Of a stretch of 64,000 nucleotides of DNA, positions 24,061-39,529 are shown piece by piece. Position numbers and translations under genes: made by a program. The notes beneath the pieces were generated by a model. The model searched no databases and had not been told where the DNA came from. It worked only from the letters and a program-made list of their open reading frames with translations. How positions within the stretch are numbered: position 1 is the stretch's first letter; each line of letters begins with the position of its first letter. The stretch is from positions 80,845,893-80,909,892 of the forward strand of contig NC_068987.1 of the NCBI RefSeq assembly GCF_001194135.2, given 5' to 3'. Source of the DNA: Octopus bimaculoides (taxonomy: Eukaryota).

Positions 24061-27000
24061 GAAAAAAATTAAATATATATGTTACAATATCAGTGTGCTT
24101 AGATTGTTTATGTATGAATATACAATTTCTTATAATTGCATTTATGTTTGTTTTATGCTGACGTCGCTTCCATATTTCTAAATATACTTCTAGATTTTCA
24201 TTTCTAATTGTTATTCAACTAATTAAAAACACATTCAAAATTAATGCAATATGTAAATATTCTTTGTTTTTAATTTTTCTTGTCTATACTGCATTTTCAA
24301 TGCATTGAAATTATTTTATATTTAAGCAATAATTATAACTTTATATACATATTTTTTTTTTAATATTCATTTTGGCCATTATATCATACATGACTGATGT
24401 GTACATAATGACAATATGCAAAGATGTAAATTTGTCAAACATGGACTCCAGTCGAAGTCCTACTATATTCTCCACATATTTTTATTCCCTTTCATATTCT
24501 CTTTATGTCTGCATCAGTAATTTGTTCAAATTTAAACAGGTTTTTCACTGTTCAATACTAGGCTTCGAATCAATGAAATCAAATTCATTGATTTATAATT
24601 TCCTGCAATATCAATTCAAAATAGTTCATTGATGAGATTTACACATATGTTGAAATTCAACATTTTTCCTTACTTCACTTTCATCTTTTTTTTTTCCATG
24701 TTTTGTTGCACGTTTTCCTTTAAATCAAATACTATCAGATGTGGTAATACAGGTTGCTTGTTTTAGCCCTCAACCTTCACAGCGCCATGCTTATGATCTT
24801 CCACCACCTTTTATCTTTAACATAACTAATTTTGCCAAGGTTTACTGATATATATATATGTATGTATGTATGCATGCATGTATATATGCATACATTTTAT
24901 GTTATTCATCTAATAAAGACATTCAAAATTAATATTACATATAACCATGCCTGCCACTCTATGCCTTTCCCATCCACTCTGGCAAATGACCCAACATTAT
25001 GTCATCTCTCTTTCATCCTTCTCCTAACTACTGTATTATCATTACTATTCTGCTGTTTTACACTATCTAATATTTCCAACTCACTCCTGGTCCCCCTACC
25101 CTGCTCGTTCCTTTCCACCTCATACTGTGAAAATCCACTCTTGCACCACCTTGTTACCATTTTAATCACTTTCCAGCTCCACCTTGTTCTGCTCTTGCCC
25201 TTTTCTTTCGAATTTTACTCCTTTTCTAGCAAAAAGTTGCCCCCACATGGTCCATAGTTTTACAAGCAGCTGGTGGCATGAAAAAAGCACTCAGTACATG
25301 CTGTAAAGTAGTTGGCATTAGGAAAGGCATCCAGACATAGAAACATGCCAAAGCAAACACTGGAGCACAATGTATTCCTTGAATGCATCAGATCCTGTCA
25401 TACTGTCCAACCCACATCAGCATGGAATATGGACATCAAATGATGATGATGAAGATGGTGATGATGATGAAGATGGTGATGATGATGAAGATGGTGATGA
25501 TGATGAAGTAAATTTTCATTATTATTCATTTTTCTTCTCTGTAATAAATTTTTTGATGTAGTCAAGCTATTTCATATTTCATGTGGATGTATGTGTGTTT
25601 TGATTAGTAAACTCTTTAAAACACAACACATTTTAAAATCTACAATCATTTAATTTCCTTCTAATTAATCATGTGAAGTCAAGATTAAAGAAAAATTTAA
25701 TTTTATAGTAGTCAAATGCTGTCAGTGGAATACAGCTATTAAATCACAATGAAATGAAGTGGAGATATTTTGACTAAAAGTGAGAAATCAAAAACCAAAT
25801 GAATCTAGGGAAGGTCTCAAGAAATAGAGAGAAAAAAATGAATAAAACATCCACACCACAAATAAAAAAGCACTATAAAAAAAGAACAAATAGCAACAAG
25901 AGCCCAGAAAACAATAGGGGACAATCCATCAACCAAGATAGGAACTTTGTAAAAACAGAAGCAGTGGTGATGGCCTTAGAAAGAATGTGGGTAAAGTTGC
26001 TGATCAATTTTCCCTTGCAGCAATTTAAAGTACTTTTGCTTCTAGTTTCATACCATAGCTTCTGATAAAAGAAAGTCTTCTGTATAAACCCTAGGGGCAG
26101 AATGAGACAAATGGCTGAAGCTGTTTCAATGTTGATGATCTGGCATGGCTGACTGGACGTTCAGCTCTTTGGTGCTAGAAGCAAAATCACATACACACGT
26201 CTGCATCTACAGATAGGATGAGAGAGAAAGAGAGAGGGAGGGAGGGGGAGAAAGACAGAAATTACAATTCATTAACTGAACACAATAAACATAAACACTT
26301 TCCCTTCTCTCTCCATAAAGACATATAAACACAGGGAGAAAAAGGGAAGGACAGAGAGAACAGGAAGAACATTAAAACAAGAAAAATAGGAAACTGTCAG
26401 ATGTCAAATAAGTCAGCATCGAAATAAGTGGTGCCAAAACAACAGTGCCAAAATGTCTCATACACTACTGTGGGTGCCTCTTGTAGAAGATCACTCTGTT
26501 ACTAGATCCCCTTACTGAGGTTAACTTCTTCCTAGGAGCCATACAAGCCTTGGCTTTCTTCTCTGAATAAGCTTTTAATTAATTCACACTTTTATAATCA
26601 TTAATAATCTAGTAATTATTAAAATGTGCAACCTTCTTTTATCATGTCTAGATTCTTAGAGCAGAACGTTTGAAGTTCAAGTTATGCCATTTCTCTCATG
26701 GTCAATTTTATGTGGATTACTCACATTAACCTCTTATGTAAGATTAGAGAAGCCAACTAACTTACACTTGATCAGTTTCTTTCGTTCAAATTATACTTTA
26801 ACATTATATCAGAGCTTCCAGCAATCCTAAAGAAACATATATTCATGGAGAGACTTACTTTTTAAGTGAGGGTAAGACTAAAATATATAATCCCTGAGCT
26901 TATTTGCTTCAGCTACTTCTGAATCCAGGAAAAAGAAATCGATTATTAATTTCAAAATAAGATCCATGAGAAAGTAGTAAGAAGGAAGATAGAGAAGCAG

Positions 27001-29165
27001 GGGATAATTTGACAAACCTCTACTTTCAGAGAAAACTTCTAATCCTTGTTAAAGGCCATCTTTGATATGTAGATGTAGGGAAGCATATTAGCTAATGAAT
27101 GAATACTGTGAGCAGTCATTTGCGTAGTGATGAGTAACAGAAATTATACATACAACACACTTGTCTCTTTCATTTTGTCATATTTTTTTGCTTATTGCCC
27201 AGTGTAACATGAGAGTGAGAAACTTTCATATCAACATGAAATTACAAGCCCATAAGCTATAATACATATTTCAGACACTCAATATTATATACAAATTTCC
27301 ATGTAAACACATAAGCTGTAAATGTCATGATTCAAACTGTCACATCTGACATAAAGCTACAACACTTTCTTGTCAGTTGACTATGCATTGACAACATTAC
27401 CTTCCTATAGAAAATTTCACATAAAAATATGATTACGTATGGATGGTTTATAAGTAGCAAAATAGAAACTCAAGAATGAACGCAGAAATTTAGCAGATAT
27501 GAAGCTAACCATGAAATCTACCAGGAATTATCATTGAAAAATGCTATAATTTTATCAGTTATAATAGCATTCATAGTTTACAGTAGACAGTACAAATAAC
27601 GCTCTAATACTATGAATACTTCATTCAGATGATAGACTAACAAGATCTTGAAATACTAATGGAAATATAAAGAAGCTTAAAAAAGAAAAAGATTGAACTC
27701 AAATAGTCATGTCTATAATACATATTTGAAGGGAAAGCAGCTCCTTAGTTACAGAAATATGTGTTTTTTTTTATTTACTATTGTAGCCCCATTGTGTGGT
27801 TGAGCAAGTGTCTTCTACAATAGCCTTAGGACAACCAAAGCTTTGCAAGCGGATTTGGTAGAAGGAAACTGGAAGAAGCTTGCTGTGTGTTTGTGTGTGC
27901 GCATTTGTACCCTTGTCTAGTCATCGTATGATAGTTGTAAATGAGCATCACCATCATACAAGCGATGTCATTTGTTTCCAATTTTCCATTAAAAAAAAAT
28001 GTCTAACCAAGGGGAAATTTCAAGCAACAGAAGGTCTCAATGACCATGATTTGTCATTAAGTTTGGTGTCACCTTCCTTGAAATGTCTGAACCGGTTTTG
28101 TGCCCCATATTCATTGACAGTTCCTGGGCCATCCACATCATTAATTTCTCTTTCTGCTGCCACTGCACTCAGTCTTTTTCTTGACAGGTAGCAAAACCTG
28201 GCTCTAATTGTAATTTTTCCCACCACTCATTATCAAAGTGGTAAAATGAAGAATTCACAATTAAGGTTTATATATCATATATGAAAATAAAGAATAAAAA
28301 ATTTAGCAATGCTTGGACAACAAGTTGTATCAAATTAAAGACATAACAAGGTGATAGAAGCTGCCAAAAATCATCAGTGAAAATCTGAAAAAAAACTTAT
28401 AAGTGAACTTGGTACACTCTGTTAATTTCTTGATAGTACTGTATACTGAATGGATGTATGTAAACACCCACACATTCACACAATTATCTTTTTACACAAG
28501 TGCAATATCGGCAGTCAATCAATTGTTTAATGTTGTGTCATCAAAGACATTCAGCACTGGGTCATATCTATTGTCTACTGGGGACAAAGAATGAGATTCC
28601 TAGCATTAGTTTTTTCATGGTCTTACTTGTTATTAGCAAAGTAAAAATAACTACAATAAGAAATTAAACTAGAGTTAAGGAAAAACCATGGACATTAAGA
28701 TACTTGCTATTTTAATGTATATAAAATAAACAGAAAACAGAATCAAAAGAAATAAATAAAAAAGACAGACAGCCAACAAGAATCAACTCCATTTAGCTTG
28801 ATTTAAACTCAAATACATTATCTGTATTCTCAGGTGGAGTTTTCTTTTCTTTTCTTTTCTCTTTTTCATTTTGCAATCACAATTATAAGTTTATTGTAAC
28901 TTATTCTTAGTCCAACAGAGTATTGCACTAAGTTAAATACAGCCAGTGGATGTCATCTGCTACTGTAGAAGCTATAAGTCAGGTTAGGCAAATATAAAGC
29001 ACTTGATCGATTGTCAGCTGGCATGTAATGAAAAACCTTCAGCCAATTAAATAAAATCATAGTTGGTTCAGGTGCTTCCTATTTTATTTGTAGTGCTTTA
29101 TTTTTCTCAGAATATGCGGTAATTATGCAACATGTGTTTTTCTTATATTTTAATTTCAGCTAAAT

Positions 29166-29228
<63 letters not shown>

Positions 29229-29682
29229 TGTATAATATATATATGTATATATATATATATATCACTATACACACACANNNNNNNNNNNNNNNNNNNNNNN
29301 NNNNNNNNNNNNNNNNNNNNNNNNNNNNNNGTGTCACCCGCACGAAAACGGCCACGCTCGAAATGGTGTCTTTTATGTGCCACCCGCACAAGCCAGTCCA
29401 GGGGCACTGGCAACGATCTCGCTCGAAAATCCTACAGGAGCCAGTCAGGCGGTACTGGCAACGGCCACGCTCAAAATGGTGCATCTCATGTGCCACCCGC
29501 ACAAGAACCAGTCCAGGGGCACTGGCAATGATCTTACTTGGCTTGCCGGGTCTTCTCACGCACAGCCCATTTCCAAAGGTCTCGGTCCGTAGTCATATAT
29601 ACATCATGGTGTGTGTATATATACATGTGTGCATATATTTATATATGTGTATGAATGTATGTAGGTATATACATACGTATGC

Positions 29683-29727
<45 letters not shown>

Positions 29728-29989
29728 ATATAAGTATGTGTGTGTGCATATATACACACATACCATTGGTCAAACAGGACACCGCTTGGCTGACTGGGTC
29801 GCAGAGCACCTCTGACAGATCAGACTCAACAATGACACTCCAGATTCGCACCACTTCCGTTCTACCAGTCCTTCATGACAACATCTGTCTATGTTTGCAC
29901 TGTCTCTGTACAGGGGTCACCCGAACTCCTGCTTTCGCTGTGAACAGGAATTAATCATCTCTCTTCATTCCTTTCCACCATATGGGCTC

Positions 29990-30500
29990 AACTCACAACT
30001 TCTCTTCATCTGACAGCAACCCTGCTATGATTCCCACACACCTCTCACATTCAACTGCATCCCATCTATCTACACACCTGCATGCCACCTACCTCATACC
30101 CTAACCACACTCACACCCACTAACACCTTCCCATTCCACACACACACTAGCACCAGCCACTTTTCAGCACCCATACCACACATCATTAGCCACACAATCT
30201 TTAATAGCACCACCACACATATCACTATACAAGCTGCCACACACACTCTTTAACTCAGTATACATACCACACACCATCATACACAGTCCCACACCCACAC
30301 ATGCACATAATACCTGAACACAGACAATATATACACACACATAAACACATGCAACATGCATAGACAAAGATAACTTTTGGCCACAAACATACACTATACA
30401 CATGCACACTATTTGGTCAGACACACACCACCTGAACAAGCATACATCAACTGCTACAGACAACACACGTTAAACTCACTCACCTCCATTCACACATACA
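29990..30500. repeat. C/A-rich, G-poor low-complexity tract (decayed CA microsatellite)
   Basis: About 500 bp of cacac/ccacac-type motifs with strong strand asymmetry. Confidence 0.7.
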
Positions 30501-30910
30501 CCATTCTCACATACATATGCTTGTGCACCTTAGTTTGTTGGGGGTCACCATTACCGTTATTATTATCATTATCTCCCTTTCATTCAGCCTTTTTTTTCCA
30601 GTCATCTCACCATGTTGGACCACTGAACTCAGCACATTTTCTCTTTTTTAACACTTTAATACTTATGTTTGTTTTCTCTATTTTTTTTTTATCAGCATCT
30701 ATTTATTGAACAGCTAAATTTTACCTATTCTTTGATGTAAAAGGGACTAACTTAAAATACAATTTTACACAGGTGTACACAGACCTAGACTCTCTCTTTC
30801 TATCCCATATGTACACACATGACAGGTATCTGGACAGTCACTATCTAACATTCTACTCACAAAATACTGGTCTCCACACACCATGGTTAGAGTAATTCCT
30901 TAAATGCCAT

Positions 30911-31267
30911 ACCCTGGTACCAAAGGTAAAAGGTAAAGACCCCCTTCGGTCATGAATGATCATGGGAGACCCCTCCAAGGCACAAGTCTGGGCAAGGTTA
31001 TTTATGGAAGACCAGCAGTCAATCATGCATAACAGACTTCCCACTCCACATCACCGATGTTATCCAAGGGAAAGTCAAAATCTGATACAGCTTGGCACCA
31101 GTGACGTCGTAACTCGTTTCTACAGCTGAGTAAACTGGAGCAACATGAAATGAAGTGTCTTGCTCAAGAACACAACACTAAGCTCAGTCCAGGAATCAAA
31201 CTCACTACCTTATGATTGTGAGCCCAACACTCTAACCACTGAGCCATGTGCCTTCACCCTGGTACCA
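30911..31267 (-). mobile_element. tRNA-headed SINE with (ACCTTT)n-like tail and 12-bp TSD
   Basis: TSD accctggtacca at 30911-30922 and 31256-31267. Tail aaggtaaaaggtaaag on the plus strand. Head ends ...ctctaaccactgagccatgtgccttc. Confidence 0.85.
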
Positions 31268-33121
31268 CACAGTTGCAAAGTGAACTGCAACCATCTTCCT
31301 GCTATCAGACCATTAGTAAAATGCAGCTGTTTTCCTGTTATCTTGCTATTAGCACTAGTTACTTCAGTTTAGTATTTATTTCATCAATCTCTTTTTGTCC
31401 TGCCATTAAGTTATAATGCAGAAAAGGACACCACATAAGCACAAAGACGGACAAAGACATACCCAATATGGCTGTATGATCAAGAAGTCTGCTTTGCAAT
31501 CACAGAGCCCTGAGTTCAATCCTACTAAAGGACGTGTTATTTTTTGTTACTTCCTTTCATAATGAAACTGAGTGAACAGAAACTGTATAGAAATCCAAAA
31601 TGCATGTGTGTGTGTAAGTGTGTGTGGTGTGTGTGTGTGTAAGTGTGTGTGTGTGTGTGTGTGTGTACAGATAGATGGATAGATAGACAGATAAATAGAT
31701 AGATCATCATCATCTTTTTCATGCTCACTTAGGTTGAACTTATTGATTTCTCTGCAGTCAGATGCCCTATATGTTACCAGCCCTGTACATGCTTCCAAAT
31801 AAGGTAATTTATAGAAATAACAAAGTCAATATTATCCAGTGTGTTTTTCCTTCTTTCCACAGAAACTGGAAACTTAGGACACTGCTAGCATGACATTTAA
31901 AACAATCATGCCTTATCAAGACAAGGCAACACAAACACACACACATACATATATACAGATATATGATGGGCTTCTTACAGTTTCCATTTGCCAAATTCAA
32001 TTGCAAGGCTTTGGTTTGCCAGGGGACATAGTAGAAGACACTTGCCTAAGTGGGACTGAACCCAAAACAAAATAGTAGGGAAGTAAGATTCTTAACATCA
32101 CAACCTGCCAAATTCTATTCACAAGGTTTTGGTAAACCTGAGCCTACAATAGAAAACACTGCATTGTGTAATCGAACTGGAAACCACTGGCTACAAAGCC
32201 AATGCCTTAACCTCACGTCCATGCCTGTGCCTCCATAATATAATTGCTAACAGTGAGGTTTGAACTCATGATGATAATGTGGTGGTCAATAGCTATAAGT
32301 TTACGATGCCAGACTAACTGAAGAAAATGGTTTTAATTAGAACTGACAATAATCCTTAGTAATTATATTGTTCAATATTTCAAGTATTCATACTTAAGAA
32401 ACATTATTAGCGTGCTTCATTATTGCCGCTCCTTCAGCCAGTTTATAATATCTATTAAGGGCTGCACTCTCCCGTGGTAAAGTTAGTTTTCTTATTAACA
32501 CGGTCAAACTACTCCAAGCATCCACCCTGAAAATAATCTCTTAAACCTTCACTTTAAATCACTGATAGTACAATTGAATTGTCAGCTAATGGAATGAGTC
32601 AATATAATGAGATAAAACCTTACCCATAAGTGAGTAGGTCTTTTAGAGTAGCCAACAGAAAGGCTAGGAGACTATTGATTACAGAGAAAAGCACTCAAAT
32701 TCAACCTGTCAGCAATCATTAAAAAGAAAATTCCTTTTTCCTTTCTCATACAGTTTGATACGTTAATAGTTTTAGGTATGTATATATACATACACACATA
32801 CATATATACATATATATACATATGAATGTGTGTGTGTGTGTGTGTGTATTAACTCTGCATCAGTAAATGACATGGAATCCATCTATTTATAGTCTGCTTC
32901 TTAAGCACTTGAATTAAACATGTCTAGAAAATTGGAGCCTAGAGAAATATCAATAGCAAATTCACTTTGATATTGGCATTTTCAAATAACTTATTAGTGC
33001 ATCTCGAAAAGGCACACATGTCAGCAGAGAAACCAACATAAATCCAAGCTTTTGTCACAAATAACTCAAGTTGAAAGAATAGAAATGAATAATAATGCAT
33101 TTAACTGAAGAAAATAAGGAT

Positions 33122-33180
<59 letters not shown>

Positions 33181-33699
33181 CATGCATATATCTATGAATC
33201 TGTGTGTGTGTGTATAGATATAACTAGCAGGAATCACAAGAGACATTGTCAGCAATTTTCTTTTTATTTTTGTACAAATGTTTTTGTCATAATCTATGTT
33301 AATTTGTTGTAGTTTTTACAACAAAAGGTAAGATTTTGAGTCAGAATCACAAATAAAAAAATTATTTTGTTAATAATTAATCCATCAATTAGGAGAGAAC
33401 ATGGTTTTTATTTATTCATTTCCTTGCATTTATTTACATCTAGTTTACATTACATTAAAAATGTATGAATAATTCTAGAGCTCCTAAAATGATTAAAAAA
33501 AAAAGGCAAAAAATTTGTTTTAAAGTGATTAAAAAAAAGCAAAATAGAAAAAGAAGAAATCTTAAAAAAAAAAATTATTTTAACAATATTTTATTATGTT
33601 ATTTCAATTGTTAGGATATTATAGAGGAAGAATGAAATAAATGCAACAATATGTGTATTCTGATCAGCGGAATAGAACTAAGGTACAGGTAATGAGATA

Positions 33700-33925
33700 T
33701 TAACCCTTTTGTTACGGTATTTCTGATGAAAAATGTTGCTTTTGTTTCAATTAATTTTGAAAATAATGAAGAATTTGATAAAATAACGTAGTTGTTATCA
33801 AGCATTTGGAACATAAATTAACATGGAATTTTGATGAAAGGTTTTAATTTAGACTACTATAAATTAGGATGTGTGTATCATGGAATGAGAGGCAATCTCA
33901 GATAGGTTGGTGTCAAAAGGGTTAA
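33700..33925. mobile_element. piggyBac-like MITE (TTAA TSD, CCCTTTTG TIR)
   Basis: TTAA-CCCTTTTGTTAC ... GTGTCAAAAGGG-TTAA. Partial relatives at about 4356-4450, 5985-6120, 20670-20810 and 51745-51935. Confidence 0.85.
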
Positions 33926-34172
33926 GAAACCCTCATTGCTGAAAATCTCAGTTCAAATCAAGCAGTGTTAGCATTCTGGAAACTACACCTTAAGTCCAAT
34001 AATATGAATATGTTATGATAAGAGTTAGTCAATAGAGACACAGTGATAGGTTAACTGCCAAGAAATACCCCTCAAATCTCAAGATCATCTCTCGTCTCAA
34101 ATTTCTGCTGAAACTCACCCGAAATCTTAAATCAGGATTTGAGGGAGATTTGATGTAAGTCAAATCTACAAC

Positions 34173-34495
34173 CTTGGGAAAAGAAGTGGCATGTGGGATA
34201 CTCCTAAAAGGAAAGCACATTTACAGCTGGAACATCTTTGACCTAAGGTTGACTCAATTTGGGTTTAAACTGGGGAGCTAAACAACACTGACATCTGTCA
34301 TGTAACGTTCAAATGTATAGGATTCATATATAGCTTAGGAAAAGAAGTGGCATATGGGATACTTCTAAAAGGAAAGGATGTTCATAGCTGGAATGTCATT
34401 GATCCGAGGTTGACTCAATTAGGGTTAAACTGGAGAGTTAAACAACATTGACATCTGTCATGTAATGTTCAAATATGTAGAATTCAATGTAGCTT
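34173..34495. repeat. Tandem duplication with a 161-bp period (two diverged copies)
   Basis: aagaagtggcat at 34181 and 34342, followed by colinear ggatact.ctaaaaggaaag...aggttgactcaatt...aaacaaca.tgacatctgtcatgtaa.gttcaaat. Confidence 0.9.
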
Positions 34496-34897
34496 TCAAT
34501 TTCTATTAAATCCAATTTGTTATCTTGTCTGTTTTGTGGTAACTACAGCAAAGTCAGACAAAGTGAACTCGATCACTACAATTACTTGGAATTGGAATTC
34601 ATGAAAAATAGTTGGCAATCGGACACAAAGTTTAGACCTAGAAGTATCAGATGTTGCAATTACTTTGGTTATGTAGGCGTGTTTCACAACTGTCTAGATC
34701 AGATAAATGTTGTCCAAGATGATGTTGTGATAGTGGTTAGGTGCATCAATAATGTATCTTCATATGTGTGAGTTGTCGGACAATTAGTTTACAATGGTTG
34801 CACTGGTTGAAACAGACTAAAGCAATAAATTTAATCCTTCACACTGCTTGATAATCTGAATATTTTTAGCATCGCTGTGTAAATGATAAATAGAGAT

Positions 34898-34963
<66 letters not shown>

Positions 34964-35509
34964 CATGTGTTGGGGGTGCAGTCAGTAATAATGCAGAGAC
35001 ATTTGCTTTTGGTGTATGTTTTTTTTTTTTTAATTATTTTGGATTGTTTGTAGTTGGGGACCAAGCATGAAGTGGTATATTACAGGAAAGATTTGATATA
35101 TTGCTTGTAGATCAATATTTTCTTTTTAAATTTTATATCAGAATTGCTGAACAATATCATCATTGGTTGCAAATTTCCAATGGGCCAATTATTGCTTCAT
35201 TGTAGTTCCCTGGTGTCAAAAGAGATAAAAGAGCATCTGTAATTTGATGTGGAACAAATATTTCAAGGAACTTCATTCATGAATATACATACAAGTACTT
35301 ATATATGTATATACATATACAATGGCTTTCTGCATAGTTTCTGTCAACCAAATTTCCTTCACAGGGAATTGGTCAACAAAAGGCTATAGAAGAAGACACT
35401 TATTCAAAGTAGTGGGCCGTGAAATTGAACCCATAACTAGATGGTTGCAAAATGCAATGCATCATGATCAAACAGAAATAACTATCATATTTGACTGTAT
35501 AAAAAAAAA

Positions 35510-35820
35510 GGAGCACTCCGTCGGTTACGACGACGAGGGTCCCAGCTGATACGATCAATGGAACAGCCTGCTCATGAAATTAACGTGCAAGTGGCTGAGC
35601 AATCCACAGACACGTGTACCCCTAACATAGTTCTCAGGGAGATTCAGCATGACACATAGTGTGACAAGGCCGGCCCTTTGAAATACAGGTACTACTCATT
35701 TTTGCCAGCTGAGTGGACTGGAGCAACATGAAATAAAGTGTCTTGCCCAAGGACACAATGCGTCGCCGGGAATCGAACTCATGACCTTACGACCGTGAGC
35801 CGAATGCCCTAACCACATAA
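35510..35820 (-). mobile_element. tRNA-headed SINE with CORE-like motif (family D); second copy at about 42510-42835(+)
   Basis: Reverse complement gtggttagggcattcggctcacgg..gagttcgattcccgg..gtgtccttgggcaagacacttt. The shared 3' domain gaaattaacgtgcaagtggctgagca.tccacagacacgtgtaccc is present in both copies. Confidence 0.8.
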
Positions 35821-38800
35821 AAGATGCAGGGACATATTAGAGGCGCCCTAATTTCAGCAGTGTGCATTCAGGAACAAAAGTTTTAAGTGCATTAAATTAT
35901 GTAATATTAACTTATGGGAGGCCCATCATCTATACATATAAATTTGACATGGGTGATTCTTTCTTGTCTTGGGATTCACGGTCAAATGGCTGGGTGGAAT
36001 TGTGCGAAAAATTACACAGATGTGTAGAATGATCCGGTCGTGTTGCTGGGCTTTGTATGTTTTTCATAGCTCCCATGGTTACCGAGATAATCTACTATCA
36101 TAATACTCTTGTGTTTATGAATGAGAAAGGAAGGGGTGATAGATGAATAAGGAAGGAAGGGGTGATGTCATACTTGGTAGTGTGTGACGATGAAAATTGT
36201 ATGCTGAAAAGATAAATCAAACAGCGTTTCAACTCTGTGTGAATATATGTGTGTATGTAAAAGGGGGGGGGGTATGTGAATGTGTGTGCGTGTGCATGCA
36301 ATGGAAGTGGGATGGTTCAGCCCTGTTCACTTAGTATTTGGGTTTATTTTTTGATTTGGTTGAATCTTGGTTGGGTTTTTTCTTTTTGTTGGTCAGTTAT
36401 TTTCAGTGTTTTGACAGAAAAAAGTCATTCTAAAATTGTTTTTTAACGTAAGCGTGCCCAAACAAGTCAAATGCTTACACAGAGCAGGTTTTACAGCTAC
36501 ATCATCCAAACTGACTGGGTAAAACCGGGCTTAGCTGCTAGTCACATATAAGACCAAGGGAGATTTTTTAAGACATTATTTTGGAAAAAAAAAGTGCATC
36601 TTATATGCTATCAAATAATATACTTTCATCACAGTTTTCTGATGCTCAATTAGTGTTGGAAGAATATTTTGTCTTCATGTCACTTGTATTATGTGCACTA
36701 TTTGAATCACATTAAAGTTTTGTATGAGGTGCATGCGATTCACATCTGGGAGATAGGTTAATATTGTTGTGTTCTTGAGCAAAACTTCATTTCACATTGC
36801 TCTAGTGTTGTGTAGGGGACGACATAATAAGTATAGACCCAACGTTTTTGTTTGTGTTGTAAAAAGGCAGCTAAAAAAGGGTGAGGTGGGATTTGCACTC
36901 CAACCTCATAAAATCCTTATTAGCAAAGACTACCCAAACAGACCCATGAGTTGGAGGGTTCTCACCTGAGTGGTGCAAAAGCATCATCCGCTAGGTGCAG
37001 CGTATCACCAAGAAATGGTAGATGCAGTGACATGCCGTTACAGTGCATGCCTCCATACCATTACTAATGTGAGAGACATAACACAAATGTTACACCCCTT
37101 AACAGTGCAACAGTAATGCGATGTAACTGTTTTTGGGTAGCTAGTATTGCAGTTTGTGTATATTAGGTAAGAAACAGCTTTTGACAGGTATCATTTGGGA
37201 AAGATATAATTGTGATTACTTCATTATGGAATGACAAAAATATGCCGTGAAGATATGTCAAAATGTGATACATGTAAAAGTGTAAAGATGGGAAAAAATG
37301 ACATGACAGGTCTCTGCAGGAGATCATTTGAGGCAGCTCACTGCAAGGGTTTTATTAAAGACTAGGTTAGATTTTTGTTGTGGACTGGAAACAAATTAAC
37401 TATATTTATCTAACAGTAGATAAGAGAGATTATCGTTAAATCAATATTCTGTGTTATCATACGATAAGAAACAGTGGTTCCCAGCACGAAGAGATCATCA
37501 AACTACTTATCACTTCCCTGTTCAGCATGCCACCATTCCCCTCCATGCCACCATTCCCTTCTCTCTCTCTCTGATCTAACTTGTTCATTTGCCAAGAGTA
37601 GGATGGGAGACTCAATTATGTCTAGGTCATAAGGTTACTGTCTTTAGCAGAATATAATGGTAATCATTTTTAGAGCTAATGCTTGATAAGTAACACTTGC
37701 ACAGACTTGTACTTTGTACAGCTTAAATGAAATATTTTGTTCTGGATAGGAAACCTAAAATTCTAAATATATTCATAAGGCATATGAAACGATATCCTCA
37801 AAATAGGACAACTATTTTAATAACATATAAATTCAACTTGCAATAAATCTCTACTATTTACACACAATATTTTTTCCTAGCCACCATAAATAACTATGAT
37901 CTACAGAGTGAGTTAGCTGCATCTCGTTCATAGTTTTTTTCAGTGTTAGCCAGAGGTTTTAGGTCATTCCTAACTTTTCTATTCTAAGGTCTCTTTATCC
38001 TACCACATTACAATGAATCAAATCATGAAACACAATATGCAAACTGCACACACACACACACACACATTTTTTATTTGCTATATAGTTTCCATTTAGGTAA
38101 AAAAAAAAAAAATTCTACCAGGAAAAAAAAACATTACCTTGAAACATCACATACTTTTACAAGTGTGCTGGCAACAAAACATCAGAAAAATAATGTCAAG
38201 TTAGTTGTCATAGCAATAACTTGAAATGCAGAATAAGTGCTTCATGAAAAGATAAATTTCTTTTTGTATACACATATTTTTGCAAAGAAATTTATGTTTT
38301 CTAATAATTGCTTTATGTTGCCACTCACAACCTATTAATGGTAAATCTACAAGATGTCCATAGCATATCGTTATAAAGAATTTCTTGTAACTACTAATGA
38401 GATGCATTAATCTAGTTAAATTTCTAATCTTGATATCTTCTGATCAGCATTCTATGTTACATCAAAGTGCTTCAACATTTTGATGGTCATGTTAATGCCA
38501 ACTACTCTGCTGTATAAAATAAGGTAGTTCTTATATTTCTTATCAGGTAAGCCATTCTGAAAATATGAATATTTCTGTTCTGTATGTATGTTTTCCTGGT
38601 CTTATTTTTTCAAATTTCTCTCTTCTATAAAAGAAGAGTTCCAAACAAGAAACAGCATTCTTCATTGGAATATACACTTCAACTAAGGAAGTAGGAATGA
38701 AAGAAGAAAAAAAAGGACGAATGGATGCACACATGCATGCATGCGCACCTTTACATATTTAATTGCACATGTATGTACATGTGTCATATTTTTTATATGA

Positions 38801-39462
38801 ATGCATGTCATTTACATGTGCTAATCTGTTTCTTTTTACGCATACATGAGTACACATGTTTGTCTACATATGTGTACATACTACAGGCTAAACTGGAATG
38901 CTTTGCAAATTTTTATACTTCTTTTAATGGCTTGTAGTTATAATTTTTTAGTTAGTTGTGTCTTTTCTAATTTAGTAAAAGCCCAGCATTTGAAGATTGA
39001 TGACTGAAGCAGGCAGTTATACAACCAAGTTCCCCAACACCCACAGTTATAAATCTTAAGTTGTGGTCCACATATAGTATCTGCACATTTATCATTAGTT
39101 TGCCGTGGATATTTTCTTTTTGATTTTATGTTTAACATTATGTTAACATCTGGTGGACAGCTGATTTCTCAGTTTCTATTACTCTGCACAGTTTTTTTTT
39201 CCTGTCTCAGAGCATTATGTCTGATCTATTGTATATACATTTTACAGACATTTTGACAGGGAATTGTTCAACCAGTATTCTTTCATATTAAGAATTACTA
39301 CAACCTCCACATCACTGTAACTTGCATTTTGATCTTCAGGACTATCTTTCACAATGTAAAGTACTGTAGGGACCATAGGAATTTACAGTGTAAAGTACCT
39401 AGGACCCTACTGTATACCATAGAGGACATTAGTATAGTAATTACAGTTTTGAACAACTACAA

Positions 39463-39529
<67 letters not shown>

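Noticed and set aside
26766-26826. AG...GTAAGT-bounded 61-nt segment (minus); similar case at 56155-56238 (plus, 84 nt)
   Set aside because: Stops in all three frames. Such splice-like pairs are expected by chance in AT-rich DNA.
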